Under the pieces are notes generated by a model that searched no databases, had not been told where the DNA came from, and was given only the letters and a program-made list of their open reading frames with translations. The position numbers were made by a program, and so were the translations under genes. 34,238 nt of DNA from Bacillales bacterium UBA1719 (lineage in GTDB: Bacteria; Bacillota_I; Bacilli_A; RFN20; CAG-826): contig DCIT01000030.1 of the NCBI GenBank assembly GCA_002317145.1, positions 3,580-37,817 of the forward strand. The letters run 5' to 3'. The number at the start of each line of letters is the position of its first letter. The stretch's first letter is position 1. Of this stretch, positions 9,905-18,336 are shown piece by piece.

Positions 9905-9964
9905 CTAACGCATACCACAACCTCGCTTTCGTGGAAGCACAGCTTTTAGAAGCGTTATCGTCAT
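9905..9964 (-). CDS. Candidate 19-aa basic peptide (MTITLLKAVLPRKRGCGMR)
   Basis: AAGGAG lies 5 nt upstream of the ATG at 9964. The stop TAG lies 4 nt before the SD of the next small ORF. Confidence 0.35.
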   Translation of the reverse strand: MTITLLKAVLPRKRGCGMR

Positions 9965-10084
9965 AACAACTCCTTATTACTTAATTAATAATTTCAAGAC
10001 AAAAACTACGCTATATATTTTTATATTTATTAATAAATATCTTTTTTATGTAAAAATAAAAATGTTAACCTATTCTAAAAATGG

Positions 10085-10267
10085 TTAACTTATAACTTTA
10101 TCTAATCTCTTTTCAAATTCTTCACGTGATAAAAGTATTGTTTTACCACATCCTAAACATTTAATACGAATATCCGCACCCATACGAATTATTTGAAATT
10201 CTTTTGTACGATTAACACATGGATGTGGTTTTTTTAATAATACTTTATCGTTTAATTTATAGTTCAT
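10085..10267 (-). CDS. DUF951-family small protein
   Basis: 60 aa with KKPHPC....EFQIIRMGADIRIKCLGCG, typical of DUF951. Its start overlaps the fhs stop (TAATG). Confidence 0.8.
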   Translation of the reverse strand: MNYKLNDKVLLKKPHPCVNRTKEFQIIRMGADIRIKCLGCGKTILLSREEFEKRLDKVIS

Positions 10268-11886
10268 TAATAAGGCATGTCTTCCATTTTAACTGCACTA
10301 GGAACTTTAGGTAGTCCTGGCATAGTTAATATCTTTCCAGTTAAGCAGACAATGAAGTTTGCTCCACTAGAAACATTTACTTCTCTAACAGTAATAGTAA
10401 ATCCTTTTGGAGCATTTAATATGTTTGGATCATCAGTAATTGATTGAGGAGTCTTGGCCATACATATATAAGCATTTGAATATCCTAGTTTTTCATATTT
10501 AGCAATTTGCTCTAATGCTAATGGAGTATATTCAACTTTGCCTGCTCGATATATTTCTTTACATATAGTTTCTATTTTTTCTTTAATTGAAGAATTTAAA
10601 TCATAGATAGGATGATAGTTACTAGTCTTAGTATTTAAGACATTAACAACTTTCTTCGCTAAATCAATAGAGCCTTCTCCACCTTTAATAAATCCATCTA
10701 AGAAGCTAACTTCATAGTCATTGTCTTTACACCACTTAGTTAAATAATCTACTTCAGATTGATGATCATTCGCGAAGTGATTAATTGCTACGACAATAGG
10801 TACTCCATACTTCTTCATATTCTCTAAATGAGTCTTTAAGTTTTCTACTCCAATAGATAAAGCTTTAACATCTTCATTAGTAATATTCTCTAACGCTAAT
10901 CCACCATGCATCTTAAGTGCTCTAATAGTGGCGACCATAACAACAGCATCAACTTTAAGTTCCGCTTCTCTAGCGCATATATCTAAGAATTTCTCTGCTC
11001 CTAAGTCTGCACCGAATCCAGCCTCAGTAACTGTAATAGGTGCCATTTTCACTGCTGTCTTTAACGCAATAATAGAGTTACATCCATGCGCGATATTCGC
11101 GAATGGTCCACCATGTACTAAAACAGGATTATTCTCTAATGTTTGAACTAAGTTAGGTTTTAAAGCATCTTTCATTAATCTCATAATGGCATGCGATATC
11201 TTTAAATCTTTTAAATATACTGGTTTATCGTTATTATCATATGCGACTAAAATTCTATTAATTCTATTTAAGAAATCTTCTTCATCTTTAGCTAAACATA
11301 AGATAGCCATTAACTCAGATGCAACAGTAATAACAAATCCATCTTTACGAGTAACTCCGTTAGTCTTCGCACCTTGAGCAATAGTAATTTCTCTAAGAGT
11401 TCTATCATTCATATCTAAAGCACGTTTCCAGACTATCTTCTCTGGATTAATGTTTAATTCATTACCTTGATAAATATGATTATCAATAATCGCGGATATT
11501 AAATTTATCGAAGAAGTTAATGCGTGCATATCACCTGTGAAGTGTAAGTTAATTTCATCAATAGGTGCAATGCTTGCTAAGCCTCCGCCAGTCGCACCAC
11601 CTTTAATTCCAAATACTGGTCCTAAAGAAGGTTCTCTTAAACAAAGCATTGCCTTTTGATTAATCTTTCCTAATCCTTCAGTTAAGGCAATTGATGTAGT
11701 TGTTTTACCTTCTCCTGCTTTAGTAGGAGTAATCGCTGTTACTAATACTAACTTACCAGTTGAATTAGTCTTTATAGATTCATAATATTCTTTTGTAATC
11801 TTCGCTTTATAAAATCCATAAGGTTCTACATACTTTTCTGAAATTCCTGCAATCTTTGCAATTTCATTAATTCTTTTAAGTGCCAT
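10267..11886 (-). CDS. fhs: Formate--tetrahydrofolate ligase
   Basis: 539 aa with the PTKAGEGKTTTSI P-loop and family-wide conservation (GGPFANIAHGCNS). Confidence 0.95.
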   Translation of the reverse strand: MALKRINEIAKIAGISEKYVEPYGFYKAKITKEYYESIKTNSTGKLVLVTAITPTKAGEGKTTTSIALTEGLGKINQKAMLCLREPSLGPVFGIKGGATGGGLASIAPIDEINLHFTGDMHALTSSINLISAIIDNHIYQGNELNINPEKIVWKRALDMNDRTLREITIAQGAKTNGVTRKDGFVITVASELMAILCLAKDEEDFLNRINRILVAYDNNDKPVYLKDLKISHAIMRLMKDALKPNLVQTLENNPVLVHGGPFANIAHGCNSIIALKTAVKMAPITVTEAGFGADLGAEKFLDICAREAELKVDAVVMVATIRALKMHGGLALENITNEDVKALSIGVENLKTHLENMKKYGVPIVVAINHFANDHQSEVDYLTKWCKDNDYEVSFLDGFIKGGEGSIDLAKKVVNVLNTKTSNYHPIYDLNSSIKEKIETICKEIYRAGKVEYTPLALEQIAKYEKLGYSNAYICMAKTPQSITDDPNILNAPKGFTITVREVNVSSGANFIVCLTGKILTMPGLPKVPSAVKMEDMPY

Positions 11887-11888
11887 AA

Positions 11889-13451
11889 TTATTTCTTCTC
11901 CTTTATAGTTTCATTAATTATATAACTTGCTAATAATAATCCCGCAGTTGATGGTACAAATATCATTGATGTAATAACATTACCATTTTTTATAGGAACT
12001 TCATTAGAAGTTGCGACTTTAATTTTCCTAATATCTATTTTATCTTTCTTTAATAGTTCGCGTAGTTTTTTCGCTAATGGATCATCATGAGTCTTATCTA
12101 AAGTCGTAACTTCTAATTTAGTTAAGTTAAAACGATTACCCATTCCTAGTGATGAAATAAATTTAATTTTGTGTTTTAAACAATATTTAATTAAGGCAAT
12201 TTTAGATTTAGTTGAATCTATTGCATCAATAACAAAATCAAATTTATTAAAGTTAATATCTTTTAAATTGTTCTCATCAATAAATATATCTTTTATTTCT
12301 ACTTTAATATCTGGATTAATTTTATTTATTAATTCTTTCGCGACTTTAACTTTTGTTTTTCCAATATCTTTACTAGTGAATAATATTTGTCTATTTAAAT
12401 TAGAGGCATTCACTTTATCAGCATCATATAAATATAATTTATTAATACCAGTTCTTGCTAAAGCTTCAGCAGCGGTACCACCTACTCCACCAATTCCAAA
12501 TATCGCAACAGATAATTTATTAATCTTTTTTAAATTAGATTCTCCTACTAACGCTTTAGTTCTAGTAGATATATCATCCTTAGTTAAATCATTAATAATA
12601 TCTTTACTTGATGTTATCCATTTAAAATTATTTCCATATTGATAACGAATAAAAGTCATTTGTCTTTTCGCGTATTGGCGAGTGTCTATTTTAATTAATT
12701 CACTTATTTCTTTATTTGATAATTTTGGGTTTTGTATTATCTCTCGATACCCAATCGCGTTTAATGATTGTAAATCTTTTCCATATTTTTTTATTAAAGA
12801 TTTACATTCATTAATTAATCCATTATCAATCATTTTATCAACGCGATTATTAATGCGATTAATTAATATTTCTCTATTCATATCTATCGCGTATATATGA
12901 ACATCTTTAAAGATTATTTTATGTTTTTGTTTCGCTTCTATTTCTGTTTTAGTTTTATTAGTGGATAAATAAATAGATATCGCTCTTAAGACTCTTTTAC
13001 GATTATTAGGATGTATTCTTTTAGCTTCTTTAGGATCTATTTTAGTTAATTCTTTATGTAAATCTTCATTAGATAATTTTTCATATTTAGATAAATTAAC
13101 TTCTTTAATAGGTTTAGAGAAATCATAATCATATAACGCTGAACGGATATATAATCCTGATCCTCCGACTAAGACGATATTCTTTTTTTGTTTTATTAAT
13201 TCTTTAATAACCTTACGACAATCTTTTTGATATTCCGCGATTGAATAATTATCAGTAGGTTTTTTAATATCATATAAATGATGTTTAACTTTCTTTAAAT
13301 CTTCTTTATTTGGTTTAGCCGTTCCAATATCTAATTCTTTATATATTTGAAATGCATCAGCGTTTATAATTTCCGCATTAAAATATTTCGCGACTTCAAT
13401 CGCGATTTTACTTTTTGATGTACATGTCGGACCGGTTATAACAATTATCAT
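11889..13451 (-). CDS. miaA: Fusion protein: tRNA dimethylallyltransferase MiaA (N-terminal about 295 aa) plus a TcdA/CsdL-type E1-like tRNA ct6A dehydratase domain (C-terminal about 225 aa)
   Basis: N-terminal GPTCTSKS P-loop and MiaA core (QIYKELDIGTAKP, VGGSGLY). C-terminal FGIGGVGGTAAEALARTGINKLYLYDADKVNASNLNRQ Rossmann/ThiF motif. It is one uninterrupted 520-aa ORF. Confidence 0.85.
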   Translation of the reverse strand: MIIVITGPTCTSKSKIAIEVAKYFNAEIINADAFQIYKELDIGTAKPNKEDLKKVKHHLYDIKKPTDNYSIAEYQKDCRKVIKELIKQKKNIVLVGGSGLYIRSALYDYDFSKPIKEVNLSKYEKLSNEDLHKELTKIDPKEAKRIHPNNRKRVLRAISIYLSTNKTKTEIEAKQKHKIIFKDVHIYAIDMNREILINRINNRVDKMIDNGLINECKSLIKKYGKDLQSLNAIGYREIIQNPKLSNKEISELIKIDTRQYAKRQMTFIRYQYGNNFKWITSSKDIINDLTKDDISTRTKALVGESNLKKINKLSVAIFGIGGVGGTAAEALARTGINKLYLYDADKVNASNLNRQILFTSKDIGKTKVKVAKELINKINPDIKVEIKDIFIDENNLKDINFNKFDFVIDAIDSTKSKIALIKYCLKHKIKFISSLGMGNRFNLTKLEVTTLDKTHDDPLAKKLRELLKKDKIDIRKIKVATSNEVPIKNGNVITSMIFVPSTAGLLLASYIINETIKEKK

Positions 13452-13495
13452 TGTTATTATAATATATTCAAAATATTAAATAATAAAGTAGCACT

Positions 13496-13524
13496 TTGAT
13501 TATAGTTATAATAAGATTTAATAT
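13496..13524 (+). promoter_or_regulatory. Candidate sigma-70 promoter for the LRR lipoprotein gene
   Basis: TTGATT-N17-TAATAT, about 27 nt upstream of the AAGGAGAA SD. AT-rich context makes false positives likely. Confidence 0.3.
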
Positions 13525-13551
13525 TACTAATATATAAGGAGAAGTCTAATT

Positions 13552-15930
13552 ATGTACGTCGCAAAAAAGAAAATATTAATAGGTGTTGCTTCTTTAGCGG
13601 GTATTGTCCTTGCTACTAACGGTTTAACATCATGCAACAAAAATACTAAACATACATTAACTGTTTCTGGTGATTATTTTACTATTCCAGAAAAAGGGAA
13701 AGAGTTCACTTTTGAAAAAGGAAAAGAAATTAAGTTTCAAGTTAAAGCGGATGAAGGTTATAAAGTAACTGATACTGTTGATTGTAAATTTAACGGAGAG
13801 ACTAAAACTAGAGGAACTGATTATAAATTTGATGATGATACTTTTGTTATTTCGTCTGCACCAGATTGTAATATTAATGTTTCTTTTGTTTGTTCACAAG
13901 AAACATATAAAGCTCAATTTGTTTCTGCAGGAGAATATACGTATACAGTAAAAGCTAGTAAAGACTTCTATCATTTTAAAGATAAAAACATTAGATATGA
14001 ATTAACATCAACTACAGGCGCAATTTTTCCAGAAAATCCTCATATCTACTATAACGGAGTAGAGATGACTCCAGATACTGGTAACTATACTTATGTACAA
14101 GGCGCTATTGAAAGCGAGAATCTATCTTCAACTGCTACACTAGTTATTAATCAAGCTCCGTCATGCGATTTTCAATTTAGTATATTGCCAAATACTAAAC
14201 ATGTTCTATATTTTGAACTTGTTAATGCAAAAATCGGTGAAGATAGAACTGGGTATAGAATTGTCGAAGCTAATAAAGATACTGAAGAAATTGAAATTAA
14301 AGCTAATGACATACGCAATCATTTGCCTTCTAGAGAAGGGGTGAAAGTTTATATGGGTGGTCAAGAAACTTCTAACTTTGATTATGATTACGGAGATCAA
14401 ACATCAAAAATTAAAATTAAAAATGTTACTTCATATGTCTCTATTTATTTAGAAGCAAAAACAGATGCTCTTATTTACGAAGAAATTGAAGGAACAAACA
14501 CCGCAAGACTAGTTGGACTTAATCCTGGTTATTCTGAATATGTTGAAGATTTACAAGTAAATAAAGAATATAACGGAAAGAAAGTTATTGAAATAGCTGA
14601 TGATGCTTTCATAGGAGATAACAATTTAAAATATGTTTCTCAAATGGGTGAAAACGTTTCACGAATTGGTAATAGAGCATTTAAGAATTGTCCTAATCTA
14701 AAATTAGTTCCTCAAGGAGTAGCAAGTGAACCGATTAGAATTAATGCTTCAATAATTGGTGATAGTGCATTTGAAGGATGCACAAGTATAGAAAAATTTG
14801 TTGATAGTAGCATTTATTCTATTGGAGCAAAAGCTTTTAGTGGATGTTCGGTTTTACAACTTGAAGAATATTCTCTTAAATTACTTAGAATTGTTGGTGA
14901 TAATGCTTTTGAAGGATGCACCAAAATCGGCAAGTATGATTTTACTAATAACACATTCGAAACAAAACCATTAATTATTTCAACTGGTGATAAAGGATAT
15001 GGATTTGATATCAACAATTTAGGTAATAATATATGCGAAGGATGGAGCAAAGATCAAATTATTTTCTTTGCCGGAGATATTAATACTGCAAAATTATTTA
15101 ACGCTAATAATTACAATGTAAAGGCAAGGGAAGATTATACTTATTTTTATACAGAAGTTGAGGGCGGAACTAAATCATTAGGCAGTTCCAAAGGTGGAGC
15201 GGGTGTTACTATTGCATTTAGTGATTTGGATACATATTCATGGCAAGAAATTAATAATATTTCACTTAATGGATTAGCCCCTGAATTATGGAATATCGGA
15301 GATGTTAAACATAATCCTAAAGACCCAACTCATATAGAATATAGAATTATTGATTTTGATCATGATTTATTAGTAGAACAAAGCGGAACAAGAAAATATG
15401 CTGGTATTACATTTGAAACAACATATCTCGATGATAAACAGATTGTAGAATTTGGATCAGCTAGTGGAACTGGGACTTATAAAGATAGTGCATTAAAAGA
15501 GAGATTAAATACTATTTTTGATTCTGATGAATTCTCAGATTTTAAACATTTAATAAAACCAGTAACTAAAACTTCTTTATATGGACATACAGGTTCATAT
15601 AATACATACACCACTTCTGAAACTTTATTCCCGTTATCGCTTTCTGAAGTTGCTGGTGATTTAGATAGCAAACACAAGCCATATGAAGTAGAAGGCAACT
15701 CATATGCATATTATAAGAACGAAACATTTACTGCTTCTGAAAAAAGGCTTAAAACATCAAGACAACTCAAACAAGTAAGCAGAAGTTATTGGTTAAGAAC
15801 TCCTTACTCTGCTCAAGAAGAAACAATAAAGAGAATATATTTTGTCAATTCCTCTAGCGGACAAATTTCGTGGGCTCAATTAACCTCTACTCCTATCACA
15901 ATGAATGTTTCATTTGCGTTCTGTATTTAA
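13552..15930 (+). CDS. Surface lipoprotein with BspA-type leucine-rich repeats and a DUF6273-like C-terminal domain
   Basis: Signal peptide with lipobox LTSC. Repeated IxxxAFxxCxxL units (IADDAFIGDNNLKYV, IGNRAFKNCPNLKLV, IGDSAFEGCTSIEKF, IGAKAFSGCSVLQL, VGDNAFEGCTKIGKY). C-terminal SYWLRTPY...VSFAFCI. Confidence 0.8.
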   Translation: MYVAKKKILIGVASLAGIVLATNGLTSCNKNTKHTLTVSGDYFTIPEKGKEFTFEKGKEIKFQVKADEGYKVTDTVDCKFNGETKTRGTDYKFDDDTFVISSAPDCNINVSFVCSQETYKAQFVSAGEYTYTVKASKDFYHFKDKNIRYELTSTTGAIFPENPHIYYNGVEMTPDTGNYTYVQGAIESENLSSTATLVINQAPSCDFQFSILPNTKHVLYFELVNAKIGEDRTGYRIVEANKDTEEIEIKANDIRNHLPSREGVKVYMGGQETSNFDYDYGDQTSKIKIKNVTSYVSIYLEAKTDALIYEEIEGTNTARLVGLNPGYSEYVEDLQVNKEYNGKKVIEIADDAFIGDNNLKYVSQMGENVSRIGNRAFKNCPNLKLVPQGVASEPIRINASIIGDSAFEGCTSIEKFVDSSIYSIGAKAFSGCSVLQLEEYSLKLLRIVGDNAFEGCTKIGKYDFTNNTFETKPLIISTGDKGYGFDINNLGNNICEGWSKDQIIFFAGDINTAKLFNANNYNVKAREDYTYFYTEVEGGTKSLGSSKGGAGVTIAFSDLDTYSWQEINNISLNGLAPELWNIGDVKHNPKDPTHIEYRIIDFDHDLLVEQSGTRKYAGITFETTYLDDKQIVEFGSASGTGTYKDSALKERLNTIFDSDEFSDFKHLIKPVTKTSLYGHTGSYNTYTTSETLFPLSLSEVAGDLDSKHKPYEVEGNSYAYYKNETFTASEKRLKTSRQLKQVSRSYWLRTPYSAQEETIKRIYFVNSSSGQISWAQLTSTPITMNVSFAFCI

Positions 15931-15947
15931 CAGACTAATTACTAAAA

Positions 15948-15975
15948 AGAAAAGGGCCATAAGCCCTTTTTTTAT
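15948..15975. terminator. Bidirectional terminator between the convergent LRR lipoprotein gene and miaB
   Basis: AAAAGGGC-CATAA-GCCCTTTTTTT, with an A-tract upstream and a T-tract downstream. Confidence 0.75.
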
Positions 15976-17402
15976 TTAATTAATTTCCCAATTAAATAAT
16001 GTATATGTGTTGATGTAACTTTTACTTTAACTAACTTTCCAACTAGATTAGAATCACCTTCAAAGTTAATCATTTTGTTATTCATTAATCTACCAGTTAA
16101 AGCGTTAGGATTATTCTTAGAGACAGAGTCTACTAAGACTTCATAAGTATTATTTAAATATTTCTTATTATTCTTTTCTATTATCTTATTTAATAAAGTA
16201 GTAAGTTCTTTAAATCTCATTCCTTTTTCTTTATCTGATATTTTATCTATCATCTTTGCGGCAGGAGTCCCACTTCTTTTAGAGTAGATAAAAGTAAATG
16301 CTCCATCATATTGACATTTCTTAACTGCTTTTAATGTGTTATTAAATGCAGTCTTAGATTCATTAGGGAATCCAACAATAATATCAGTAGATAAGAATAT
16401 ATTAGGCATCTTCTTTTTTATTTCATTTACTAAAGATAAATATTTCTTTGAATCATATTTTCTTCCCATTAATTTAAGTGTTGCATCATCTCCACTTTGA
16501 ATAGGCAAATGTAAATATGGTTCGATGTTTTTATATTTCTTCATTACATCAATGATGTCTAAAGAGAAATCATAAGGATGAGAAGTTAAGAATGTTAATC
16601 TAGGCATTTTTAATTTAGCGACTTCTTCTAGTAACTTCGCGAATGAATATTTCTTTTTTAAATCTTTACCATAGCTATCAACATTTTGCCCTAGTAATGT
16701 AATTTCTTTATATCCTTTCTTAGTTAATTCTTTACATTCATTAATAATATCTTTAGGGTCTCTGCTTCTTTCTCTACCTCTAGTGTAAGGAACTATACAA
16801 TAAGTACAGAACTTATCACATCCATAAGCAATATTTACAAATGCTTTAAATTTATAATCTCTTATACTTGGTAGGTTTTCATGAATATATCCTGAACCAG
16901 AATTAACACATATTATTCTTTTCTTTGTTTTTAGATGTTCCTCTAATACAGAAGGTAATTTAGCAACATCATGTGTACCTAATATAATATCGACATGTAA
17001 GAATGTTTTAATAAGTAGATCTACTAAAGTTTCTTCCATCGCCATACAACCAGCGATAATAATAACCATATCTTTTTTAGCTTTAAGTACTTTTAGATTA
17101 CCTATTTCTCCAAGAACTTTATTCTCAGCATTCTCTCTAACTGCACATGTATTAATTAATACTAAATCTGCTTTCTTAATATCTAACGTTGGTTTATAAC
17201 CTATTTCATTTAAGATACCTTTATATATTTCTGAATCTCGATAGTTCGCTTGGCATCCATGTGTGTATATATAATATTTCTTATTTTTTAAATGCGATTT
17301 TAAATAAGAAGATATTTTAATCTTCTCATAACTAGTTATAGTTTCTTTTCTTTCTCTTGCGAGTTTAAGTGATGGACAAGAATGAATAATTGTATTCGCC
17401 AT
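15972..17402 (-). CDS. miaB: tRNA-i6A37 methylthiotransferase MiaB (radical SAM MTTase)
   Basis: UPF0004 N-domain (THGCQANYRDSE..INTCAVRE), radical SAM CDKFCTYCIVP, and a C-terminal TRAM domain. Confidence 0.9.
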   Translation of the reverse strand: MANTIIHSCPSLKLARERKETITSYEKIKISSYLKSHLKNKKYYIYTHGCQANYRDSEIYKGILNEIGYKPTLDIKKADLVLINTCAVRENAENKVLGEIGNLKVLKAKKDMVIIIAGCMAMEETLVDLLIKTFLHVDIILGTHDVAKLPSVLEEHLKTKKRIICVNSGSGYIHENLPSIRDYKFKAFVNIAYGCDKFCTYCIVPYTRGRERSRDPKDIINECKELTKKGYKEITLLGQNVDSYGKDLKKKYSFAKLLEEVAKLKMPRLTFLTSHPYDFSLDIIDVMKKYKNIEPYLHLPIQSGDDATLKLMGRKYDSKKYLSLVNEIKKKMPNIFLSTDIIVGFPNESKTAFNNTLKAVKKCQYDGAFTFIYSKRSGTPAAKMIDKISDKEKGMRFKELTTLLNKIIEKNNKKYLNNTYEVLVDSVSKNNPNALTGRLMNNKMINFEGDSNLVGKLVKVKVTSTHIHYLIGKLIK

Positions 17403-17431
17403 AACGATAATTATTTTACTATAAACTCAAA

Positions 17432-17923
17432 TTAAGAAAGTGCTTTTCTAATAGTTTCAATTCCTAATAGCAAAGTTAATTCTCTTTTAGGCAAACTTTC
17501 AAATCCAAATTTTAAATAAAATGACTTTGATTCAGGTTTTGAATCAACGAGTAAAAATAATACTCCAGTATTTTTTGAAATTAATAAAACTTTTAAAAAC
17601 ACATCTTTAATAAGATAATGCCCATAATGATGATTTTGATATCTAACATCTACCGCAAATCTTGCAAGCCTTAAGCAAGGTATTGGATACTTAGGTAATT
17701 TCTTTTTATAATCTGAAGATAAATCATTGTATTCAATTGAAGCGGAACTTAAAGTATAAAACGCAATAATTATATCGTTATCAATTAGAACAAAAGTTTT
17801 GCCTATATTGCTACTATCATTTAAATAAGCATACTTTTTAAAATATTTATTTAATCCTTCATTTCCACAATTAAAATTATCGATTTTATTCTTATCACAA
17901 TCGTGAATAGAAATTATTTTCAT
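17432..17923 (-). CDS. GNAT-family acetyltransferase toxin (TacT/AtaT-like)
   Basis: 163 aa with F.CGNEGLNKYFKKYA, YPIPCLRLARFAVDVRYQ and FYLKFGF motifs. It has a 4-nt overlap with the upstream DUF1778-type gene. Confidence 0.8.
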   Translation of the reverse strand: MKIISIHDCDKNKIDNFNCGNEGLNKYFKKYAYLNDSSNIGKTFVLIDNDIIIAFYTLSSASIEYNDLSSDYKKKLPKYPIPCLRLARFAVDVRYQNHHYGHYLIKDVFLKVLLISKNTGVLFLLVDSKPESKSFYLKFGFESLPKRELTLLLGIETIRKALS

Positions 17924-18177
17924 TTAAATAGTTTTTTTAATTCTTTATTAGGTTTAGGTGGTTTTTTTAACATGTTGACAACGAATTCCATTTGTTCGCT
18001 ATTAAGATGAAGAACATCATTTCTAATTGAATCTAACTCAGCTTGTTTTAAACATGTCGAAATAATATATGCTGATAAAGAAAGATGATTCAACTCAGCT
18101 GCCTTTTCCAAAGATTTTTTATCTTTCGAATTAATGCGGATATTTATTTTATCAATTTTGTTTGTAGCAACAGACAT
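17920..18177 (-). CDS. DUF1778/RHH-type antitoxin (TacA-like)
   Basis: 85 aa. INIRINSKDKKSLEKAAELNHLSLSAYI is a ribbon-helix-helix N-terminus typical of GNAT-toxin partners. Confidence 0.8.
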   Translation of the reverse strand: MSVATNKIDKINIRINSKDKKSLEKAAELNHLSLSAYIISTCLKQAELDSIRNDVLHLNSEQMEFVVNMLKKPPKPNKELKKLFK

Positions 18178-18199
18178 ATATTATTTTCTCCTTAACTTA

Positions 18200-18231
18200 A
18201 TTATACATTATGTAAGTACAATGTAAATACA
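18200..18231 (-). promoter_or_regulatory. Toxin-antitoxin promoter (TTTACA-N16-TATAAT) overlapped by TGTA/TACA palindromes (putative operator)
   Basis: Minus-strand TATAAT at 18200-18205 and TTTACA at 18222-18227. Palindromes ACATTATGT (18205-18213), TACAATGTA (18217-18225) and TGTAAATACA (18222-18231). Confidence 0.55.
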
Positions 18232-18290
18232 TAATTATTCCTCCTTAAAATAATAATAGCTTCATTTTGAGGTTGTGAAGTTTCTTTGAT

Positions 18291-18319
18291 AAAAAAAATA
18301 GCCGGTGCCGGCTATTTTT
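18291..18319 (-). terminator. rny terminator (bidirectional hairpin)
   Basis: AAAAAAAA-TAGCCGG-TG-CCGGCTA-TTTTT, immediately downstream of the rny stop. Confidence 0.8.
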
Positions 18320-18336
18320 CTAATTGAATAATTTAA

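Noticed and set aside
9720-9975. Possibility that the GC-enriched block is SRP RNA, 6S RNA, tmRNA or a riboswitch
   Set aside because: - I could not find the SRP domain IV consensus (the GGAAGCAGC-type 3' strand is only loosely matched by GGAAGCACAGC, and the 5' partner is absent).
- There is no tmRNA tag ORF or acceptor end.
- No downstream gene exists on the minus strand for a riboswitch to control.
- The two SD-ATG pairs are a better explanation, but a covariance-model scan is still needed.
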